A stretch of 64,000 bases of DNA, from NCBI GenBank assembly GCA_040879725.1, contig JBBDJV010000020.1:9086-73085 (forward strand), given 5' to 3'. The position numbers and the translations under genes were made by a program. Below the pieces are notes generated by a model, which saw only the letters and a list, made by a program, of their open reading frames with translations, did not search any database and was not told where the DNA came from. Origin of the DNA: Minisyncoccota bacterium (GTDB lineage: Bacteria > Patescibacteriota > Minisyncoccia > Phycocordibacterales > GCA-2401445). The number at the start of each line of letters is the position of its first letter. The stretch's first letter is position 1. Shown here in pieces: positions 57,330 to 64,000 of this stretch.

Positions 57330-58505
57330 CTATTGTACATAGTCAAGAGCACTGGTGGTATAGCGGTTAGATGGTGACCAGATATAGTAGCTTGTAAGTC
57401 CCACATCCTCAACAGCCTTTATCTGTGCACGTATTTTCGCTTCATCGTACGTTGCTCCCAAATTAAAATCTTGTATCCACGGGCGAAGTTTAAGCGGGGT
57501 TGTAGATGCCCTCTCTACTGCTTTAGTCATTGAATAGTGAATAACCTCGTACGGATGCTCTGCCGGGTTTGCTAAGCCGATAAATGTTGGTGGGTAGTGA
57601 GACGGGTAAATCATAGGTGCGATGTAATCAACAAAAGGTAGTGCGTCTTCAAGTACTTGTCCGATGTTCAAATCGTCAGTGTTGGTTGTAGTCATACCAA
57701 AGAGATCGACCGATACCGCCGGACCACTTGTGCCATATGCCCCGCCGATGTATTCAAAGAAAGACCGCATCACTTCACGCTTTACCTTTCCTTCACTAAA
57801 CGGATACACAATGTCTCTCATATTTCCGTCTGACGGAAAACGAACATAGTCAAAATTAAGTTCATCAAAACCAATAGCTCGCGCATGTACTCCCAAGTCA
57901 TAGATATACTCCCATGCTTCTCTGCTTCCCGCGTCTATCCAGCTAATTCCTTTTCTGTCTTTCCATATTTCTCCATCACTCTCTCTGCGTACTGCCCACT
58001 CGGGATGAGTCTTAACCAAATGAGGATCTTGGAATACCGGTATACGCCCTATTACATAAATACCTTTATCATGGAGTGTGCCTATAAACTCCTTTAAGTC
58101 AGAAACAAAACAGTCGTGGTTTGTCGCTTTATCAAAACGCTCCTCGCCCGTTTCGAAGGAAATTTTCCCGTACTCATCTTTTACATTAATAATAATTGCA
58201 TTGAGTGTTGTTTGTTCAACTAGCTCTACCAACTGTGCTCGGAAAGACGGAGTAGCTGCGACACATGCTGTCATGTAAATAGCTCTCATCGGCTCAGGTG
58301 TTTCTATATAGGTTACGATGAACTGCGGTTCCTCTGGTTCCTCATTTATCAAAGCTACTTCTTTCTCCTTTACTTCTTCATCTAGTTCATCAGTGTATAC
58401 CACCGACGCTTGCTCTGGCAGAAAAAAGAAAAATGCGTACACGAGAGCGAGAACGACCAAAAAGCCTGTGAGTGCGTGAGTAAGTTTGCGAGAGCGACCG
58501 GACAT
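57330..58505 (-). CDS. Membrane-anchored TIM-barrel glycoside-hydrolase-like protein (GHL/DUF4015-type, tentative)
   Basis: N-terminal TM helix followed by an acidic linker. The GFDELNFDYVRFP pattern resembles the putative-glycosyl-hydrolase DUF4015/GHL families. Confidence 0.4.
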   Translation of the reverse strand: MSGRSRKLTHALTGFLVVLALVYAFFFFLPEQASVVYTDELDEEVKEKEVALINEEPEEPQFIVTYIETPEPMRAIYMTACVAATPSFRAQLVELVEQTTLNAIIINVKDEYGKISFETGEERFDKATNHDCFVSDLKEFIGTLHDKGIYVIGRIPVFQDPHLVKTHPEWAVRRESDGEIWKDRKGISWIDAGSREAWEYIYDLGVHARAIGFDELNFDYVRFPSDGNMRDIVYPFSEGKVKREVMRSFFEYIGGAYGTSGPAVSVDLFGMTTTNTDDLNIGQVLEDALPFVDYIAPMIYPSHYPPTFIGLANPAEHPYEVIHYSMTKAVERASTTPLKLRPWIQDFNLGATYDEAKIRAQIKAVEDVGLTSYYIWSPSNRYTTSALDYVQ

Positions 58506-58518
58506 AATCTATGTGTTA

Positions 58519-58794
58519 CTAGAGCGATGAAGAGGTATCATCAGATAAATGTGTTTTCTCTTCTTCATACTCTTCCTCAGGTTCGGGAGAAGTATCTTTT
58601 GTGTCAGTATCTTGTGAATTTTCTACTTCATAAAACTCTTCAAAGTCATTTTTAAGTGAGAAAGAAAGAATTACGATAAGTGCACCAATTACTACAAAGG
58701 CAATTGTTTTCCATTCACTATACACCCCAAGCAATGGGATCAGTACCACAAAAATTCCAAGCCAAATAAGTATAGTGAGTTTTTTCATACGCAA
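58519..58794 (-). CDS. Small membrane protein with two TM helices and an acidic C-terminal tail
   Basis: ORF only; hydrophobic N-terminal half followed by a D/E-rich C-terminus. Confidence 0.35.
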   Translation of the reverse strand: MRMKKLTILIWLGIFVVLIPLLGVYSEWKTIAFVVIGALIVILSFSLKNDFEEFYEVENSQDTDTKDTSPEPEEEYEEEKTHLSDDTSSSL

Positions 58795-58878
58795 ATATTA
58801 TATCGAAAATAGTTAGAAGAACCTAATATTGACCTGAATGCTATCTAGGGTAAAGTATAGGAGGAAGGAAAATTAGTT

Positions 58879-59154
58879 ATGACAAAACCACTAGCACTAA
58901 GCGAGGACATGTTCGTCCCTCTCGTCGACTGGTGGTTTGAGCTCAAATCACCAGTCGCGGGAACATTCCGCGGCAAAGTAACAAAGTATGAACTTCTCTC
59001 ACCTCACCAGGTTAATATCTCTTGGGTTGAAGAAGGAAACTCAAAAATCGTTACCCTTACGTTTTCCGTTTGGAAGGAGGAAGTTGGAAAAATCACCTTC
59101 AAAACGGACATGTTCGGAGAAACCGGAATTTTTACAAAGACCCTGATCGCGTAA
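58879..59154 (+). CDS. Hypothetical 91-aa protein
   Basis: Strong Shine-Dalgarno AGGAGGAAGGAAA 10 nt upstream of the ATG at 58879. Confidence 0.5.
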   Translation: MTKPLALSEDMFVPLVDWWFELKSPVAGTFRGKVTKYELLSPHQVNISWVEEGNSKIVTLTFSVWKEEVGKITFKTDMFGETGIFTKTLIA

Positions 59155-59575
59155 TGCGGTTGGGGTTTCTTTTTTAAAAAATTAAATAAGTTTTTAAACG
59201 AGATTTTCTGAACGAAATTTAACCTCGTTCAAAAAAATCCTGAGGTTTAACCTCAGGAAAAAAACCTCATGAGAAAAGTAACAGATATGACAACCACCAT
59301 AGATGCAAAAAACCCCAGGTGTACCGATATATCGGTACACCTTTATAAAAATAAATGCGCACGCCGGCGTGCGCATTTAAATGGCTTTGTTTAGCCATGT
59401 ATTTACCCTGTAGTATTCAATTTCCTACTGAACGAGATTAAACCTCGTTCAGAATTAGCTATATATAGCAACGTATTTTTCTCCCGAGGTTTAACCTCGC
59501 TGAAAAGTTTAACCTCGCTGAAAAGTTTCCTGAGGTTTAACCTCAGGAGAGAACCTTGGAGAATACGTATTCGTA
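59155..59575. repeat. Repeat- and hairpin-dense convergent intergenic region, including GC-palindrome repeat copy 3 (core 59357-59374)
   Basis: Contains several GAGGTTTAACCTC-type inverted repeats: 59209-59231, 59239-59257, 59428-59452, 59486-59498 and 59539-59557. Also contains tandem 18-mers GTTTAACCTCGCTGAAAA (59489-59524), the palindromes CTCATGAG and GAATACGTATTC, and two stacked minus-strand terminators (59357-59374 with a T-run; 59317-59342 followed by GGGGTTTTTT). Confidence 0.8.
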
Positions 59576-60253
59576 TTACGGTGCGATGATTACCGCAAAC
59601 TCTCCACGAAGCTTGTCTGTATTGTTTGCAAAGTATTCTATAACCTTCGCGGGTGTGCCCGACACTATTTCCTCATAAATTTTTGTTAGCTCTCTTGCTA
59701 TTGCGATAGTCCTCTCTGGAACGTATTCATTCAAAGACGCTAAAGTCTTTTCTATTCTGTGTGGAGATTCGTAAAACACAACAGTTCGTTTTGTCTCGGC
59801 TATCTCTTTAAAAAGTGTTTCTCTCCCCTTTTTATGGGGAATAAATCCAAAAAAAGTAAACTCATGCGCGGGCAATCCGGCAATCGAAAGTGCGGCAACA
59901 AGAGCTGAAGGTCCAGGAACCGCAACTATGTTTGCAGTTGGTAGTTTGGTGCGTATGTGGGACACAAGTACAACCCCGGGATCTGAAATACCAGGAGTTC
60001 CCGCATCTGACACAAGCGCAAGATTCTTCCCTTCGGAAAGCATTGCTACAATACTGTCTTCTTTGCCTTCCGTGCTGTGTGTGTGGTACGACATTGTTCG
60101 TGTCGGCACTCCGTATGTATCAAGAAGCCGTTTTGTCATACGCGTATCCTCACAAAGAATAATATCCACTTCCTTGAGCACTCGTAGTGCACGAAGTGTA
60201 ATATCCTCTAAGTTTCCTATAGGTGTACCTATAACATGTAATGTTCCGGTCAT
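59576..60253 (-). CDS. rsmI: 16S rRNA (cytidine1402-2'-O)-methyltransferase
   Basis: N-terminal LHVIGTPIGNLEDIT, GEFAVII and the tetrapyrrole-methylase fold; 225 aa. Confidence 0.8.
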   Translation of the reverse strand: MTGTLHVIGTPIGNLEDITLRALRVLKEVDIILCEDTRMTKRLLDTYGVPTRTMSYHTHSTEGKEDSIVAMLSEGKNLALVSDAGTPGISDPGVVLVSHIRTKLPTANIVAVPGPSALVAALSIAGLPAHEFTFFGFIPHKKGRETLFKEIAETKRTVVFYESPHRIEKTLASLNEYVPERTIAIARELTKIYEEIVSGTPAKVIEYFANNTDKLRGEFAVIIAP

Positions 60254-61539
60254 AGCTCTGTGTGTTGAGTTAGTAAATGTGCAAGTTGATATATCGTTCC
60301 AGCACCAAGTGTTAAAATAACGCAGTCATCACCTTTCTCTTTAAGACATTCTTGCGCTTCAGGAAAAGAAACAATACTTTTTGTCTGCTGAACTGTTACC
60401 CCTATCTCCTTTGCTAACATAGATGAAGTGATACTTCCGTCATCTTTTTCTCGAGCAGGATAAATAGGAAGCAGGTATACCTCATCTGCTCCTTGAAGCG
60501 CTTCCACAAAACCATCGAAAAGCTGTTTTGTTCGAGAAAACAAATGTGGTTCAAAGACCACAATAATTTTTTTATCCGGGAATAGCTCACGAGCACCCTG
60601 AAGTGTTGCGGATATTTCAGTTGGATGGTGCGCATAGTCATCATACACCTTCGCGCCACCTAAGGAGAGACCTTTGTATTCAAACCTACGCCACGTTCCC
60701 GAAAATGTTTCTAATTCTTTTTCAATATCACTCTGCGAAAACCCAAGTTTTGTAAGTAATGCAACTACAGCCCCCGCGTTTTTTCGATTATGGTCACCTG
60801 GTGAACGAAGCGAAACATCCGCACTACGGTACGGAACAACTGTCGCAGAAACGCTCTCAAGTATTTTCTTTACCTGATCATCTGTTGTATCCGCAACCAC
60901 GAACCCCTCTTTGGGCACGCGATTGGCGAGTTCAGAAAATGCATTTGAAATATCATCAATATCTTTATAGTAATCAAGGTGATCCGGCTCAATGTTCGTA
61001 ATAATCAAATGATTTGGGTTAAGTGCGAGAAAAGAACGTTTGTATTCGCACGCCTCAAGAACGACATATTTTCCATTTCCGTGAATATAGTTTGTTCCTG
61101 TTTCAGACAGTAGCGACCCCACTACAACAGTCGGAGAGGCACCGAGCCCTTTGAGCACGTGCCCTACCATAGCGGTTGTTGTTGTCTTTCCGTGAGTTCC
61201 TGATATCGCGATGACCTCTTTTCCTTCAGTCACATTTGCAAGAGCTTCAGAATACGTAAACAAAGGTACCTCCATTTTTTTTGCTTCTTGGTATTCCGGA
61301 TTTGTATCAGACAGTGCAACAGTATAAACAACTGCATCAATATTTTCAGGAAGTACTCCTTCATTTTGGGTATAGGAAATAGGAATACCTAACGCCTCAA
61401 GATCCAGAGTTATTCTGCTCGTGCTTATATCAGAGCCACTTACTAGAACACCCTCTTCAAGCAATAGCCGAGCAACAGCGGACATTCCGATCCCACCTAT
61501 GCCGATAAAGTGAACATGCTTTGCCTCTTTTAGTTTCAT
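60250..61539 (-). CDS. murC: UDP-N-acetylmuramate--L-alanine ligase
   Basis: HFIGIGGIGMSAVA, ISGTHGKTTTTAM and a Mur ligase C-terminal domain. ATG at 61539; the track ORF extends to 61620. Confidence 0.85.
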   Translation of the reverse strand: MKLKEAKHVHFIGIGGIGMSAVARLLLEEGVLVSGSDISTSRITLDLEALGIPISYTQNEGVLPENIDAVVYTVALSDTNPEYQEAKKMEVPLFTYSEALANVTEGKEVIAISGTHGKTTTTAMVGHVLKGLGASPTVVVGSLLSETGTNYIHGNGKYVVLEACEYKRSFLALNPNHLIITNIEPDHLDYYKDIDDISNAFSELANRVPKEGFVVADTTDDQVKKILESVSATVVPYRSADVSLRSPGDHNRKNAGAVVALLTKLGFSQSDIEKELETFSGTWRRFEYKGLSLGGAKVYDDYAHHPTEISATLQGARELFPDKKIIVVFEPHLFSRTKQLFDGFVEALQGADEVYLLPIYPAREKDDGSITSSMLAKEIGVTVQQTKSIVSFPEAQECLKEKGDDCVILTLGAGTIYQLAHLLTQHTEL

Positions 61540-61628
61540 TTGAACAGCATACCATGCAATACAAAATATTGACAATACAGAAAAATACGACATAATAGCG
61601 ACAGTTCTGAACCTCAACAACTGAATAC

Positions 61629-62546
61629 ATGATAACCTTCACTGATACTAGCTATCTGACTCACAAGTATATTTTACCGAACAGATTCAAACCTCAAGTA
61701 ACAGTTCTATTGTATAGTGGACCTCATGACTGGAGACTGCGGAAAAATCCGCGGAATGATTGTAAATTTGATAGCGAAAACACGACTTACATCTGTAATC
61801 GCATCATGGAAAAGTACCAAATTCATGATCTCTACATACCCTGCACAAGGGAGTGCGGAAGCAAGAGTGCTCCTCAAGAAGATTTCATCACCAGAGAAAC
61901 TTATCCATCTCCCAAGAATGAATCCGCCACGGAAAAGTTTCCCTTTTTTGTTAATCTCAAGCTATCTCGCGGACCAGCAGATGCATTCTTGCTACCACCG
62001 AAATCAGCCGGGGTAATATTCCCCGCTGATTGTAGAACAGTTGTTCTCATGAACCGTGCGACTGGCGAAGTTGCAATGGCACACGCATCCCTCTCCGGAC
62101 TACTTGAAGAAAGCAAGCTGTGTGAGGATACAAGTAAACACTACCCTTTGGGGCGAGAAGTGGTAGAAGAAGAGAGTGTCGTGCTTGAAGCGCTTCGTAT
62201 CATTCTCCAAAAAGGCGGAACCCCAAAAGATGTTCACGCATATTCATTCCTCGGTATTTCACCGAAAGGGATGAAGTACCCGATAGACCACCCCACATTC
62301 GGGGACAAAAACAGACGGGTACTCAAGTACCTCCGCTGGCTGGAAAGTGATGCTGGACGTGTTGGAAGTTGTGTAGTTGACGACTGTAATATCAACCTAA
62401 GAGGTATCATCTATGCACAACTATCACTCGCCGGTGTTACTGAGTTTTTCCAGGATGAAATCCACACAGACTTTGATAGTCACTGGCATAGCTTTCGTCG
62501 AAACCGGACCAAGGAGCGCAACATGGTGCTAGTGGCACATCACTGA
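61629..62546 (+). CDS. PgeF/YfiH-like (DUF152, laccase-domain) protein, candidate peptidoglycan editing factor
   Basis: VIFPADCRTVVLMNRATGEVAMAHASLSG aligns with YfiH [26 protein letters not shown]. An alternative start at MEKYQ (61806) would give a more typical 246-aa length. Lies in a murC/murD context. Confidence 0.5.
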   Translation: MITFTDTSYLTHKYILPNRFKPQVTVLLYSGPHDWRLRKNPRNDCKFDSENTTYICNRIMEKYQIHDLYIPCTRECGSKSAPQEDFITRETYPSPKNESATEKFPFFVNLKLSRGPADAFLLPPKSAGVIFPADCRTVVLMNRATGEVAMAHASLSGLLEESKLCEDTSKHYPLGREVVEEESVVLEALRIILQKGGTPKDVHAYSFLGISPKGMKYPIDHPTFGDKNRRVLKYLRWLESDAGRVGSCVVDDCNINLRGIIYAQLSLAGVTEFFQDEIHTDFDSHWHSFRRNRTKERNMVLVAHH

Positions 62547-62573
62547 GTCATTTGTCGGTAAGGAGTTTCAACG

Positions 62574-62605
62574 GCGGTCTGAACGAAGTTCAGACCGCTT
62601 TTTTT
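62574..62605 (+). terminator. Rho-independent terminator after the PgeF-like gene; the murD stop codon lies within the hairpin
   Basis: GCGGTCTGAACGAAGTTCAGACCGC followed by TTTTTTTATT. Confidence 0.7.
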
Positions 62606-63915
62606 ATTGCCTCAACCTCAGAAACAAATACATCATTTCGTTCATACTCATTTTTAAACTCATGACTAAATGAAGCAAATCCCGGACTAAAAAGTATAGC
62701 CCCTCCCTTCTCTGTCTGTCTGAATGCTTCTGCAATACATTCTGAAAGTGTTTTGTATTCTGAATAAGGAATAGAAATGCCAACTTTTAAACGCTCTGTT
62801 CCTGTACCAGATAATAGAGTAAGTTTGGAAACTTTATTTTGAATCTCATCAAAAAGTTTATCAAGAGAAAGTCCTTTGTCAGTCCCTCCTATGATAAGAG
62901 TAACAGAGCTATTTTGAATGGCTTTCAACCCCGCAATAACCGCATCGGGTGTCGTGGAATTATTATCATTTATAACCAACACACCGGAAACCTCCCCCAT
63001 CACCTCAAGCCTTCCTGGCACACCAGCAAATGTTTGTATATGTTTGAGCGCATTCTCTTTTTCAATACCAAATGCAAGCAAGCTGGAAAGCGCACACGCT
63101 ACATTCTGTTTGTTGTGATCCCCGATAAGTTTTACAGGTATATTCAAAACATCCTCTTTTTTTGCAACAACCGCTCTTTGTTTCGCGTCTTCATATGTAC
63201 CGGTAAGAAATGTAGCTACTTGAGGAGAAATAACCAACGTATCTGAACTAGATTGATAAGCAAAAATTGCAGACTTATCATGTAAATACGTTTGCATGTC
63301 GTTCTGGTAATAGTTCATATGATCCGGCATAAAACTGGTAAAGACTGCAATGTGCGGACTTATCTTCTCTTCATGAAAACCTTGCAATTGCCACGAATCA
63401 AGCTCCAGCACTGCGCAATCATACTGTGAAATATCAGACAATAACCTCAGTGTAGATACTCCACGAACGTTACCACCAAGCAGTGGCTTTTTCCCAACTC
63501 CCGTAAGTACATGATGTATGATATGCGTCACGGTTGATTTTCCTCTTGTTCCTGTTACTCCGATAATAGGAATACCTGCGAACCGAGCAAACAGCGCGGT
63601 ACTCATTGATACCGGAATATTGTTTTTCTTAGCTTCAGTTATAAATACAGAATCTAGAGGTACATTTGCACCTTTTATTATTAAATCCCTCCCTATAAAA
63701 TCTTCTACCCTATGTCCTCCCAGGTGAAGCGTGATATTTTTCTTCTCTTTCAACTGCTTCACGGAAGATTCAAGCTCAGCTTCTGTTTTTGTATCAGTCA
63801 CGATAACCTCCGCTCCACACTCAGAAAGAAAAAGTGCGTCACCAACTCCACGACCAAGAACACCCAGTCCCATGAGTGTTATTTTTTTCCCTTTAAAGTA
63901 ATCCCGCCAATCCAT
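62590..63915 (-). CDS. murD: UDP-N-acetylmuramoylalanine--D-glutamate ligase
   Basis: N-terminal KITLMGLGVLGRG Rossmann motif, GTRGKSTVTHII P-loop and a Mur ligase C-terminus; 441 aa. Confidence 0.85.
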   Translation of the reverse strand: MDWRDYFKGKKITLMGLGVLGRGVGDALFLSECGAEVIVTDTKTEAELESSVKQLKEKKNITLHLGGHRVEDFIGRDLIIKGANVPLDSVFITEAKKNNIPVSMSTALFARFAGIPIIGVTGTRGKSTVTHIIHHVLTGVGKKPLLGGNVRGVSTLRLLSDISQYDCAVLELDSWQLQGFHEEKISPHIAVFTSFMPDHMNYYQNDMQTYLHDKSAIFAYQSSSDTLVISPQVATFLTGTYEDAKQRAVVAKKEDVLNIPVKLIGDHNKQNVACALSSLLAFGIEKENALKHIQTFAGVPGRLEVMGEVSGVLVINDNNSTTPDAVIAGLKAIQNSSVTLIIGGTDKGLSLDKLFDEIQNKVSKLTLLSGTGTERLKVGISIPYSEYKTLSECIAEAFRQTEKGGAILFSPGFASFSHEFKNEYERNDVFVSEVEAIKKAV

Positions 63916-63944
63916 ATATGATAATACTAGCGTATTTTAGAAAA

Positions 63945-63978
63945 TAAAAAAGCGCGACAACCTGTCAGTTGTCGCGCT
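63945..63978 (-). terminator. Terminator for a minus-strand gene lying beyond the window end
   Basis: AGCGCGACAAC-CTGTC-AGTTGTCGCGCT hairpin with a plus-strand A-run upstream, which reads as TTTTTTATTTT after the hairpin on the minus strand. Confidence 0.55.
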
Positions 63979-64000
63979 TGCCAAATGTACCAATCCTCAA

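Noticed and set aside
57000-57330. SRP RNA, tmRNA or RNase P RNA in the GC-richer segment
   Set aside because: I could not find the diagnostic motifs: the SRP domain IV GGAA/AGCAGCC block, the tmRNA 5' GGGG...3' CCA acceptor with resume codon, or the RNase P P4 sequences. It is kept only as an unexplained compositional island.
1-64000. tRNA, rRNA, CRISPR arrays, transposases/integrases
   Set aside because: By-eye scanning of all intergenic spacers found no cloverleaf-like sequence with a GTTCRANYC T-arm, no rRNA-like conserved blocks, no regularly spaced direct repeats with unique spacers, and no DDE/tyrosine-recombinase ORFs. A proper tRNAscan/Infernal run is still advisable.

Overview
This is an AT-rich, gene-dense bacterial window with short intergenic spacers, many overlapping genes and occasional TTG starts. 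The gene content (GH57/GH15/archaeal-type glycogen synthase, a MYG1 homologue, few biosynthetic genes) suggests a CPR/Patescibacteria-like genome; that is inference only.

Positions 1-23.3 kb are mostly housekeeping genes: pyk (truncated at the window edge), truB, hisS, a DEDD exonuclease, rmuC, a P2-type cation ATPase, a GatB/YqeY protein, a MYG1 homologue, a DedA-like protein, a holin-like DUF360 protein, an alpha-glucan cluster (GH15, GH57, glycogen-synthase-like), secA, murB, and an O-antigen-ligase-like/TPR membrane protein.

Positions 23.3-53.6 kb form one nearly uninterrupted minus-strand surface-glycan island. It contains:
- a nonulosonic-acid module: NeuB-type synthase, KdsC-type HAD phosphatase and NeuA-type cytidylyltransferase;
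- two TagF-like transferases;
- a complete phosphonate module: cytidylyltransferase-PEP mutase fusion, phosphonopyruvate decarboxylase and an Fe-alcohol dehydrogenase;
- a sulfotransferase-like protein, six methyltransferases (one of FkbM type), a Wzx-type flippase, GT2, GT-C and five GT4 transferases, a polysaccharide deacetylase, a nucleotide-sugar dehydrogenase and a GtrA protein;
- one plus-strand interruption: a secreted protein with three tandem LamG domains whose signal peptide is only restored by a 1-nt change in a T7 homopolymer.

Downstream lie a lamin-tail/PKD surface protein, a soluble VirD4/TraD-like ATPase and a glycoside-hydrolase-like membrane protein, then rsmI, murC, a PgeF/YfiH-like gene and murD.

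Non-coding highlights:
- an interspersed GC-rich palindromic repeat family (core GCGCACGCCGGCGTGCGC, three copies);
- a 420-bp repeat- and hairpin-dense convergent intergenic region at 59155-59575;
- a 720-bp largely non-coding stretch (8850-9570) with a strong extended -10 promoter, a 38-aa ORF and two terminator-bounded units;
- a 51-aa Lys-rich histone-H1-like ORF built from tandem 45-bp repeats that is missing from the ORF track.

No tRNA, rRNA, CRISPR array, transposase or integrase was recognised.
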